Source: Vibrio vulnificus CMCP6 (GTDB lineage: Bacteria; Pseudomonadota; Gammaproteobacteria; Enterobacterales; Vibrionaceae). Taken from it: a DNA stretch of 32,000 nt. Within the stretch, counting starts at the first letter, position 1. Each line of letters begins with the position of its first letter. The notes beneath the pieces were generated by a model, which was not told where the DNA came from, made no database searches, and saw only the letters and a program-made list of their open reading frames with translations. A program made the position numbers and the translations under genes. Location of the stretch: assembly GCF_000039765.1 (NCBI RefSeq), contig NC_004459.3:3136104-3168103 (forward strand). Direction: 5' to 3'. Shown piece by piece: positions 19,856 through 27,268 of this stretch.

Positions 19856-19980
19856 ACACGGGAGGCGTAGTCATTTCCAATTACGCCCTTGTGACATCAT
19901 GTCACTGGCTTAAGCTGCTTATCATTCCATCATTGAAATAAAATAACTTAGCAAGTTAAGCTCGGAGTTATGGCAACCCT
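19856..19980 (-). ncRNA. Probable Moco (molybdenum cofactor) riboswitch in the moaA leader
   Basis: The minus-strand leader contains ACUCCGAGC followed by a hairpin (UAACUU/AAGUUA), two further hairpins (GUGAC/GUCAC, GGCGUA/UACGCC), and then CGCCUCCC just before the RBS. CCGAGC and GCCUCCC are the conserved blocks I recall from the moaA RNA motif. The boundaries are approximate. Confidence 0.55.
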
Positions 19981-20155
19981 TGAACTTGTTCGTTCAAGTG
20001 GTAGCTTTGCTCGATAAAATACTTAATATTTGTAGTGGAATCTAGCTCTAAACGAGAAAAACCTCACTAAAGCCACAATTTACCACCTTGTGAGTACCTG
20101 ATATTAACGGGATACTCTAAATTGTAGTTGGTTATGAAAAAATAAGAAGAAGAGA

Positions 20156-21046
20156 ATGAACATATACGCTTCCAAAAAAGTTGTTGCCGTTGGCGGAGGT
20201 CACGGTCTAGGAAGGATGTTGGCTGCACTCAAGGATTTTGGCAGTAACGCGACAGGCATCGTCGCCACTACCGATAATGGTGGTTCAACTGGTCGCATCC
20301 GCCACTGCCAAGGGGGCATTGCGTGGGGGGACACACGCAACTGCATCAATCAGTTGATCACCGAACCTTCGATCAGCTCGATGATGTTCGAATACCGTTT
20401 TAAAGGAAGCGGTGAATTGGATGGACACAACCTTGGTAACCTAATGTTGACGGCCCTAGATAACCTTTCTGTCCGCCCTTTAGATGCCATCAATCTGGTT
20501 CGAGATTTATTGAAAGTCGAAGTCAATATTTTACCAATGTCCGAACATCCCTCCGATCTCACCGCCCTTTCGACAGATGGACGCTGGGTAACCGGAGAGA
20601 CGAATGTGGATGAAATGGAAACGGATTTGCGCCGCTTAGATCTCTCCCCAGAAGTGCCGGCCACCAAAGAAGCTGTTACCGCCCTTGAAGAAGCCGATGC
20701 CATCATCCTTGGCCCCGGCAGTTTTCTAACCAGCATTATGCCGCCATTGTTGCTGCCTGAACTTGGCAAAGCGATTGCCAAAAACACCAAAGCCAAATTG
20801 ATCTTTGTCGCAAACCTAAGCCCAGAGTTTGGCCCAGCAGGCCGAATGAGCTTTGAGCAGAAATTGGAGTGGTGCGAGCGCGCCTGCCAAGGCAGAAAAA
20901 TTGATGTGGTGCTCGGAGATACCGAACACCCAGAATTGAAAGATCAATGGCACTTCGTCACCCAATCCTTGGCTTCCGCCAATCGCGATTGGCGTCATGA
21001 CCGTAAAAAATTACGCCTCGCCATAGAACAACAGCTCACCGAATAG
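20156..21046 (+). CDS. YvcK/YbhK (CofD-like, UPF0052) family protein
   Basis: The N-terminal VVAVGGGHGL and TTDNGGSTGR motifs are typical of this family. It is divergent from moaA, as ybhK is in E. coli. Confidence 0.85.
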   Translation: MNIYASKKVVAVGGGHGLGRMLAALKDFGSNATGIVATTDNGGSTGRIRHCQGGIAWGDTRNCINQLITEPSISSMMFEYRFKGSGELDGHNLGNLMLTALDNLSVRPLDAINLVRDLLKVEVNILPMSEHPSDLTALSTDGRWVTGETNVDEMETDLRRLDLSPEVPATKEAVTALEEADAIILGPGSFLTSIMPPLLLPELGKAIAKNTKAKLIFVANLSPEFGPAGRMSFEQKLEWCERACQGRKIDVVLGDTEHPELKDQWHFVTQSLASANRDWRHDRKKLRLAIEQQLTE

Positions 21047-21115
21047 CGATTGAGCATACGAAGCATTACTTAGAACTCAGTAAGTAGGACTCAGTAAGTC
21101 CCATGTATTTTGATA

Positions 21116-21143
21116 GTAAAACGGCTCGTATCTACGAGCCGTT
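21116..21143. terminator. Hairpin terminator between the convergent ybhK-like gene and luxU
   Basis: AACGGCTCG ... CGAGCCGTT stem. On the minus strand it is followed by TTTTAC, 4 nt after the luxU stop. Confidence 0.7.
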
Positions 21144-21146
21144 ATT

Positions 21147-21494
21147 TCAGAAGCCGTTTGCCTGCCAGGAGAGGTAAGCCTGCTGGGTTTGATGCAGGCG
21201 GTCAATCATTGCTACCACATCTTGCGTTTCATCCAAGGCATCCCCTTCTTTTGCTCGCGTGTCGATCTCGACGGCAAAATGACACAGTGCATCCGCACCA
21301 AAACTGGCAGCACTGCTTTTTAAGGCATGACTGATGTCTTTGAGATAGACGAGCTTGTCACTGTAGGTGGCATCGCACAGAACCTTCAAATAGCTCTCAA
21401 GCTCGCTCAAAAATATCTCCAACAACACGGGGACATTATCGGCGCCTATTTCCTCAGTCAACGAGGCAATTTTCTTCTGATTTAGTAATTCCAT
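21147..21494 (-). CDS. luxU: Quorum-sensing phosphorelay protein (HPt)
   Basis: 115 aa starting MELLNQKK. It has the HPt motif ISHALKSSAASFGA with the phospho-accepting His. Its ATG overlaps the luxO stop (TAATG). The track start at 21527 extends into luxO. Confidence 0.93.
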   Translation of the reverse strand: MELLNQKKIASLTEEIGADNVPVLLEIFLSELESYLKVLCDATYSDKLVYLKDISHALKSSAASFGADALCHFAVEIDTRAKEGDALDETQDVVAMIDRLHQTQQAYLSWQANGF

Positions 21495-22894
21495 TATGCT
21501 TTCTGTTTTTCTTCTTTTTCGTTCCACGCCTGTAACTTGCGATAAATTGTTGACGGGCTGACATCCAGATAGCCAGCGGCTCTCGGAATGTTACCATCAC
21601 ACGCTTTGATCGCTTGTTCAATCGCCAGTTTCTCTGTCAACCACAATGGACAAATATCCCTGACGGAAATCAACTCACTCAGATCAGGCTGCACACTTTC
21701 TTTGCGTTCAAAGGGCTGGTTCAAAGGAGGCGGCAGCATCTCCATGGTAATCTCTTTACCGTTGTTAAGAACCACGACATTACGCAGCACATTTTGTAAC
21801 TGACGCACATTGCCTGGCCACTCATATTCGTTAAATCTATCTATCACAGGTTGAGAGAAACGAACAAAGTTTTTCCCTTCCTCGTGTGACATGTAACCCA
21901 GTAACGAGTAAGCGATCTCGATGACATCCTCTCCACGCTCACGAAGTGGTGGCAAGTGCAGTGGAATCACATAAAGTCGGTAGTACAAATCTTCGCGAAA
22001 GCGCCCTTCTTGTACCTCTTTCCAGGGGTCTCGGTTTGTCGCGCACACAAAACGCACGTCAACACTCTTCATTTTCGAAGAGCCTACTTTTTGGAAAGTA
22101 CCCGTTTGGATAAAACGCAGCAATTTTGTTTGCAGATCCAGGTCCATTTCACACAACTCATCCAGGAAAAGTGTGCCCCCATCAGCGAGCTCTGCCGCCC
22201 CTTGGCGATCGGTCGCAGCGCCGGTAAACGCACCTTTGACATGACCAAATAGCTCGCTTTCAATCAAATCCTTGGGAATTGCAGCACAGTTAATCGCGAT
22301 AAATGGCTTGTCTCCACGTCGACTGGCCGCATGAATGGCTTCTGCGCACACCTCTTTACCTGTACCACTTTCACCTGTGATAAAGATGCTTGCTTTACTG
22401 CTCGCCGCGGAGTCAATGGTGCGATAAACCTGCTGCATTTTTTGGCTACTGCCGATAAAGCCTTGATAATTTTGGCTGCCTGCACTGTCCGCATCATTCT
22501 TCAATTTACTCGCTTTGCGGATAGCGTTGTTTACCGTGACCCTCAAGCGATCCGCTTCGCATGGCTTGATAAGAAAATCCTGAGACCCATGTCGCATTGC
22601 TTCAACGGCAGTATCGATCGAGCCGTGTGCGGTCATGAAAATGATAGGAACATCAGGGTGACTTGCTTTCACTGCATGCAATACGTCCATTCCCGTCATG
22701 TCCGGTAGACGTAAATCCAGCAGAATAAGATCTGGAATGCGATGTTTTAGACTGTCTATCGCGTCACGTCCAGTACCCACGATATTGATATCGATACCCA
22801 ATGGCATGAGATAGGAGCGATAGAGGGCTGCGACAGAAGCGGTGTCTTCTACCATCAGCAAGTAACGCTGTTTCGTTGTCGTTATTTGTTGCAT
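21494..22894 (-). CDS. luxO: Sigma54-dependent quorum-sensing response regulator
   Basis: REC domain ([11 protein letters not shown]), AAA+ domain ([19 protein letters not shown]) and a C-terminal HTH. Near-identical blocks to published LuxO ([16 protein letters not shown]). The start is ATG 22894 or ATG 22855. The latter gives the literature numbering in which the receiver Asp is D47. Confidence 0.95.
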   Translation of the reverse strand: MQQITTTKQRYLLMVEDTASVAALYRSYLMPLGIDINIVGTGRDAIDSLKHRIPDLILLDLRLPDMTGMDVLHAVKASHPDVPIIFMTAHGSIDTAVEAMRHGSQDFLIKPCEADRLRVTVNNAIRKASKLKNDADSAGSQNYQGFIGSSQKMQQVYRTIDSAASSKASIFITGESGTGKEVCAEAIHAASRRGDKPFIAINCAAIPKDLIESELFGHVKGAFTGAATDRQGAAELADGGTLFLDELCEMDLDLQTKLLRFIQTGTFQKVGSSKMKSVDVRFVCATNRDPWKEVQEGRFREDLYYRLYVIPLHLPPLRERGEDVIEIAYSLLGYMSHEEGKNFVRFSQPVIDRFNEYEWPGNVRQLQNVLRNVVVLNNGKEITMEMLPPPLNQPFERKESVQPDLSELISVRDICPLWLTEKLAIEQAIKACDGNIPRAAGYLDVSPSTIYRKLQAWNEKEEKQKA

Positions 22895-22935
22895 AGTCTA
22901 GCCAATTGTTATTTGTGTTTTGAATAATAATCGCA

Positions 22936-22955
22936 TTGCGCGATGCATTTTGCAA
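22936..22955. promoter_or_regulatory. Two overlapping LuxO-binding-site-like palindromes (upstream activator sequence of qrr1)
   Basis: TTGCG-CGA-TGCAT (22936-22948) and ATGCA-TTT-TGCAA (22943-22955), compared with the published LuxO consensus TTGCA-N3-TGCAA. They lie about 90-100 bp upstream of the qrr1 TSS. Confidence 0.6.
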
Positions 22956-23015
22956 ATAACAATGGCAAATATTCACTTTTAGCGGTAAATAATCATCACT
23001 TAGCGGCGTTAAAAC

Positions 23016-23031
23016 TGGCACAAACAATGCA
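23016..23031 (+). promoter_or_regulatory. Sigma54 promoter of qrr1
   Basis: TGGCAC-aaaca-ATGCA places the -24 GG and -12 GC at the correct spacing. The sRNA starts about 11 nt downstream. Confidence 0.85.
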
Positions 23032-23040
23032 AAAACGAAA

Positions 23041-23134
23041 GTGACCCCTCGGGTCACCTAGCCAACTGACGTTGTTAGTGAACCTAGTGTTCACAATTGA
23101 TAGCCAATAGTGAAATGACTGTTGGCTTTTTTTT
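23041..23134 (+). ncRNA. qrr1: Quorum regulatory small RNA Qrr1
   Basis: Contains the invariant Qrr core GGGTCACCTAGCCAACTGACGTTGTTAGTGAA. A 5' stem-loop GTGACCC-ctc-GGGTCAC, a stem GTGAAC/GTTCAC, and a terminator hairpin (AGCCAATAG/CTGTTGGCT) plus T8 are present. It is divergent from luxO, as in all described vibrios. Confidence 0.93.
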
Positions 23135-23167
23135 GTTCATTTCAAGCGCTAATTCACCACACTTTGG

Positions 23168-25198
23168 TTAGCTGTTAGCAATAAACTGCTGACGCAACTT
23201 TTCAATTTCATCACGCTTCTGCGCGGCTAACTCAAATTCCAAATCCTGAGCGTGTTTGTACATTTGCGCTTCCAGTTTTGTGATTTCTTTTTCCAGTTGC
23301 TGTGGCGTCAACACATTATAGGACAGTGATGGTTCAGCCACTTTCGACAATGGCACCGTTTTGCTCACTTTCTGCTTGCGGGATTTCGTAATATCGCCCA
23401 GCTCCATAATATCTTTGATATTACGCTTCAAGGCTTGAGGCTGAATGCCCATCTTTTCATTGTACGCTTGCTGTTTCTCACGGCGTCGTTCAGTTTCATC
23501 CATCGCTTTCTTCATCGATTTGGTGATGGAGTCTGCATACAAGATCGCTTTACCATGGAGGTTACGGGCTGCACGGCCAATGGTCTGAATCAATGAGCGC
23601 TCTGAACGTAAAAAGCCTTCTTTATCAGCATCGAGAATCGCAACCAAAGACACTTCAGGCATGTCGAGACCCTCGCGTAACAAGTTAATCCCCACCAACA
23701 CATCGAACTCCCCTAGCCTCAAGTCACGAATGATCTCCACTCGTTCAACCGTGTCGATATCAGAGTGTAGGTAACGCACTTTCACATCGTGCTCATGCAA
23801 GTATTCAGTTAGATCTTCCGCCATACGTTTGGTCAGTGTTGTCACTAACACGCGTTCATCTTTCACCGCGCGAATGCGGATCTCAGAAAGCAGATCATCC
23901 ACTTGAGTCGCCACTGGTCGCACTTCCAGTACAGGATCGAGCAATCCGGTCGGACGCACCACTTGGTCAGCAATTTCGCCCGCACTTTTCTCTAGTTCGT
24001 AATTACCCGGAGTGGCTGAAACGAAAATAGTTTGTGGCGCAAGCGCTTCGAACTCTTCAAATTTCAATGGTCGATTGTCCAATGCTGAAGGCAAACGGAA
24101 ACCATATTCAACCAAGGTCTCTTTCCGTGAGCGGTCACCTTTATACATTGCGCCAATTTGTGGCACTGTCACGTGAGATTCATCAATGATCAACAAACCG
24201 TCGTGTGGTAAGTAGTCAAATAACGTTGGAGGCGGCTCACCTTCCGCTCGACCGCTGAGGTAACGCGAGTAGTTTTCGATGCCCGAGCAGAATCCCAGCT
24301 CATTCATCATTTCAATATCGAATTGGGTACGCTGACTAATACGTTGCTCTTCCAACAATTTATTGTTGTCACGCAAGTAAGTTTGTCGCTCACGCAGCTC
24401 TTGTTTGATGTTTTCAATCGCCTGCAGAATACGCTCTCGAGGTGTGACGTAGTGAGTCTTAGGGTAAATAGTAAAGCGGGGTAAATCGCGTTGTTTGACC
24501 ACTCCGGTCAGTGGATCAAACACACTGATGCAGTCGATCTCATCATCAAACATCTCGATGCGCACCGCATCTTGGTCCGATTCAGCCGGAAAAACGTCGA
24601 TCACCTCTCCGCGCACGCGAAATTGGCCTCGTTCAAAAGCAATATCGTTACGGCTATATTGCAGCTCAGCCAAACGGCGCAGTATGTCGCGTTGATCCAT
24701 CACATCACCACGGCGTATATGCAACATCATTTGCAGGTAGGCCTCGGGATCACCCAAACCATAAATAGCCGAAACAGAGGCGACGATAATAGCGTCTTTT
24801 CGCTCCAATAACGCTTTGGTGGCCGATAAACGCATTTGTTCAATATGAGCGTTGACCGATGAGTCCTTCTCTATAAAGGTGTCGGTGGTTGGCACATAGG
24901 CTTCAGGTTGGTAATAATCGTAGTAAGAGACAAAATATTCGACCGCGTTATTGGGGAAAAACGCTTTCATCTCGCCGTAAAGTTGGGCGGCAAGAGTTTT
25001 GTTTGGCGCGAGCAGAATTGCAGGACGTTGTGCTTGAGCAATCACATTAGCCAAAGTAAATGTTTTACCGGATCCCGTCACCCCAAGTAAGGTTTGGTGA
25101 GCCAAGCCAGCATCTAACCCTTCTGTCAGTTGTTTGATCGCCGTTGGTTGATCTCCCGATGGCGCATAGTCAGAAACCAGATCGTAAAGTTTGCTCAT
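23168..25198 (-). CDS. uvrB: Excinuclease ABC subunit B
   Basis: 676 aa with Walker A GVTGSGKT, helicase motifs, and the C-terminal UVR domain. ATG 25198 has a GAGGG RBS. The track GTG 25210 is a short extension. Confidence 0.97.
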   Translation of the reverse strand: MSKLYDLVSDYAPSGDQPTAIKQLTEGLDAGLAHQTLLGVTGSGKTFTLANVIAQAQRPAILLAPNKTLAAQLYGEMKAFFPNNAVEYFVSYYDYYQPEAYVPTTDTFIEKDSSVNAHIEQMRLSATKALLERKDAIIVASVSAIYGLGDPEAYLQMMLHIRRGDVMDQRDILRRLAELQYSRNDIAFERGQFRVRGEVIDVFPAESDQDAVRIEMFDDEIDCISVFDPLTGVVKQRDLPRFTIYPKTHYVTPRERILQAIENIKQELRERQTYLRDNNKLLEEQRISQRTQFDIEMMNELGFCSGIENYSRYLSGRAEGEPPPTLFDYLPHDGLLIIDESHVTVPQIGAMYKGDRSRKETLVEYGFRLPSALDNRPLKFEEFEALAPQTIFVSATPGNYELEKSAGEIADQVVRPTGLLDPVLEVRPVATQVDDLLSEIRIRAVKDERVLVTTLTKRMAEDLTEYLHEHDVKVRYLHSDIDTVERVEIIRDLRLGEFDVLVGINLLREGLDMPEVSLVAILDADKEGFLRSERSLIQTIGRAARNLHGKAILYADSITKSMKKAMDETERRREKQQAYNEKMGIQPQALKRNIKDIMELGDITKSRKQKVSKTVPLSKVAEPSLSYNVLTPQQLEKEITKLEAQMYKHAQDLEFELAAQKRDEIEKLRQQFIANS

Positions 25199-25228
25199 TT
25201 TCCCTCTCACTACAGCACAACGTAAAAA

Positions 25229-25244
25229 CTGTATAAATATACAC
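25229..25244. promoter_or_regulatory. LexA (SOS) box-like sequence in the uvrB promoter
   Basis: CTGT-ATAAATAT-ACAC compared with the consensus CTGT-N8-ACAG (one mismatch). It lies 31-46 nt upstream of the uvrB ATG, and uvrB is a classical SOS gene. Confidence 0.55.
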
Positions 25245-25441
25245 TCCCAACCTTCATAAGAACAGTTGCAATTTAGGCATACACCACACCTTTTAGTCAG
25301 CCAAGCGAATCAGGCGACAGTGACCACTTTTTATTGTTGAAGAGAGTTAACCATTTCATGACATTTTTCTGGCTTATCAATTTCAACTCTGATATCCTCC
25401 TCCGCCCAATCATTGCTCCATCTGCAAAAATGACGTTTTTG

Positions 25442-25669
25442 TCATCCACATCTTTTCCCCACTTTTTGTTTTTTTCTTTCATTCCAGCCTAAATCAAGAA
25501 AATTATCCACAAGCTCTAGAAATACCAATTCCTAATAAAAACCTTTCAAATTCAACACTTAAAAAGAAACACCATACTTTAAAGCAATTGAGTACTTGCT
25601 CTAATTCGTATCTGTTTTTATTTTGCTCAAGTTTCACTAACACACTTATCCACAAATTTGGTGGATAAG
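25442..25669. promoter_or_regulatory. Cluster of four DnaA boxes, including a head-to-head pair
   Basis: TCATCCACA at 25442-25450 (8/9). TTATCCACA at 25503-25511 (9/9). TTATCCACA at 25646-25654 (9/9). TTATCCACC on the minus strand at 25660-25668 (8/9). The last two form the palindrome CTTATCCAC-aaatttg-GTGGATAAG. Confidence 0.6.
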
Positions 25670-25754
25670 TAAAGGCAGGCCAATAAAGAAAAGGGGTGCA
25701 GAAAAGTAAAGCACTTTTTTTACAGTTTCTTGGCAATTTGTCTCATTATTATTA

Positions 25755-25783
25755 TTGACACACCCAAACCTGCTGAGTAACAT
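25755..25783 (+). promoter_or_regulatory. Sigma70 promoter of tRNA-Asn
   Basis: TTGACA, a 17-nt spacer, then TAACAT. An AT-rich UP-like tract (TCATTATTATTA) precedes it and a GC-rich discriminator (GCGTCACGC) follows. Confidence 0.6.
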
Positions 25784-25808
25784 GCGTCACGCTTTTAAGT
25801 GAAGCAAT

Positions 25809-25884
25809 TCCTCCTTAGCTCAGTCGGTAGAGCGACGGACTGTTAATCCGCAGGTCGCTGGTTCGAGCCCAGCAGGAGGAGCCA
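25809..25884 (+). tRNA. tRNA-Asn (anticodon GTT)
   Basis: 76 nt. The acceptor stem TCCTCCT pairs with AGGAGGA, followed by GCCA. The anticodon loop is CTGTTAA. It is nearly identical to E. coli tRNA-Asn. Confidence 0.95.
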
Positions 25885-25895
25885 AATTCTAAAAA

Positions 25896-25927
25896 ACGCC
25901 ACACCTTCGGATGTGGCGTTTTTTTAT
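25896..25927 (+). terminator. Rho-independent terminator after tRNA-Asn
   Basis: CGCCACA-ccttcgga-TGTGGCG followed by TTTTTTT. Confidence 0.85.
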
Positions 25928-26079
25928 ATTTCCCAGCCTAAACATCTCGCACGACCTTAAGTCAATCGTTTACCACGTATAAAATTCCGTCAGCTACTCA
26001 AAACCTTACCTTTCATTGGTTGTTATTACCCGGACAAAGCACGATAATATCGGGATCGGATTTGCAGAACGTAATAATT

Positions 26080-26658
26080 ATGACCGAATATATTTTGTTG
26101 TTGATTGGCACCGTCCTCGTAAACAACTTTGTACTGGTGAAGTTTCTCGGATTGTGTCCCTTCATGGGCGTGTCAAAAAAATTGGAAACCGCAATTGGTA
26201 TGGGCTTGGCAACGACCTTTGTCCTTACTATGGCTTCCGTGTGCGCTTATCTTGTTGAAAGCTACATTCTTGAGCCATTGCACATCGAATACCTACGAAC
26301 CATGAGCTTTATTTTGGTGATTGCGGTGGTGGTCCAGTTTACGGAAATGGTGGTTCACAAGACCAGCCCAACCCTCTATCGCCTGCTGGGTATTTTTCTA
26401 CCTTTGATTACCACCAACTGTGCCGTGTTGGGGGTTGCTCTACTGAATATCAATGAAAACCACTCGTTTGTTGAATCTATCATCTATGGTTTTGGTGCAG
26501 CGGTTGGTTTCTCTTTGGTACTGATTCTGTTTGCTTCGATGCGTGAGCGCATTTCTGCAGCGGATGTGCCCGCGCCTTTTAAAGGGGCTTCCATTGCGAT
26601 GATTACAGCAGGATTAATGTCGCTAGCGTTTATGGGCTTTACGGGGTTGGTGAAATAA
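26080..26658 (+). CDS. rnfA: Ion-translocating oxidoreductase complex subunit A
   Basis: 192 aa starting [32 protein letters not shown], the canonical RnfA/RsxA N-terminus. The track start at 26020 is an extension. Confidence 0.95.
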   Translation: MTEYILLLIGTVLVNNFVLVKFLGLCPFMGVSKKLETAIGMGLATTFVLTMASVCAYLVESYILEPLHIEYLRTMSFILVIAVVVQFTEMVVHKTSPTLYRLLGIFLPLITTNCAVLGVALLNINENHSFVESIIYGFGAAVGFSLVLILFASMRERISAADVPAPFKGASIAMITAGLMSLAFMGFTGLVK

Positions 26659-26659
26659 G

Positions 26660-27256
26660 ATGACAACCATCATGATTGCCGTGCTAGCCATTGCACTGCT
26701 GGCTACGCTATTTGGCGCTATCCTTGGTTTTGCCTCAATTCGCTTTAAAGTCGAAGCGGATCCAATCGTGGATCAAATCGATGCCATATTGCCACAAACG
26801 CAATGTGGTCAGTGTGGCTATCCTGGTTGCCGTCCTTACGCAGAAGCCATCGCGAATGGAGACAGCATCAATAAGTGCCCACCAGGAGGCCAAGCGACCA
26901 TTGAAAAACTGGCCGATCTTATGGGCGTTGAAGCGGAAGAATCCGCCCATGATCTCGAAGGCAAAGTCAAAAAAGTCGCGTTTATCCACGAAGACATGTG
27001 TATTGGTTGCACCAAGTGCATCCAAGCATGTCCGGTCGATGCTATTGTTGGTGGAACCAAAGCTCTACATACGGTCATTAAAGATGAATGTACGGGCTGC
27101 GATTTATGCGTGGCTCCTTGCCCGACAGACTGTATTGAAATGATTCCTCTGGAGACAACCACGGAAACATGGAAGTGGCAGCTTAATGCTATACCTGTGG
27201 TCAATATTTCCGAAGCTAACCCTAACTCTGCCACCAGCAGAGATCAGAATAACTAA
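26660..27256 (+). CDS. rnfB: Ion-translocating oxidoreductase complex subunit B
   Basis: N-terminal TM helix, the CGQCGYPGC cluster, and two ferredoxin-type CxxCxxCxxxCP motifs. Confidence 0.95.
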   Translation: MTTIMIAVLAIALLATLFGAILGFASIRFKVEADPIVDQIDAILPQTQCGQCGYPGCRPYAEAIANGDSINKCPPGGQATIEKLADLMGVEAEESAHDLEGKVKKVAFIHEDMCIGCTKCIQACPVDAIVGGTKALHTVIKDECTGCDLCVAPCPTDCIEMIPLETTTETWKWQLNAIPVVNISEANPNSATSRDQNN

Positions 27257-27268
27257 AGGGCAAAGAAG

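Noticed and set aside
20350-20796. 148-aa minus-strand ORF antisense to the ybhK-like gene, and similar antisense or alternative-frame ORFs inside trp, opp, moa, luxO, uvrB and rnfB (for example 26691-27143, 9486-9839, 22331-22708).
   Set aside because: All are nested within genes that carry strong family signatures on the other frame or strand. They are typical shadow ORFs.
25503-25736. 77-aa minus-strand ORF between uvrB and tRNA-Asn.
   Set aside because: The sequence is implausible (Cys/Phe/Trp-rich with no motif). It spans the DnaA-box palindrome and AT-rich regulatory DNA and has no RBS.
25484-25943. 10-bp direct repeat CCAGCCTAAA on both sides of tRNA-Asn (25484-25493 and 25934-25943), considered as possible att-like scars.
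   Set aside because: The chance expectation for a 10-mer recurring within about 0.5 kb is roughly 0.1. The repeat does not include the tRNA 3' end, and nothing mobile lies between the copies.
7821-26079. Over-extended track starts for yciB (7821), yciA (8489), oppF (11958), oppA (16563), moaA (19855), luxU (21527), uvrB (25210) and rnfA (26020).
   Set aside because: The conserved family N-termini begin at internal ATG or GTG codons with better RBS spacing. Several of the extensions overlap upstream genes or terminators.
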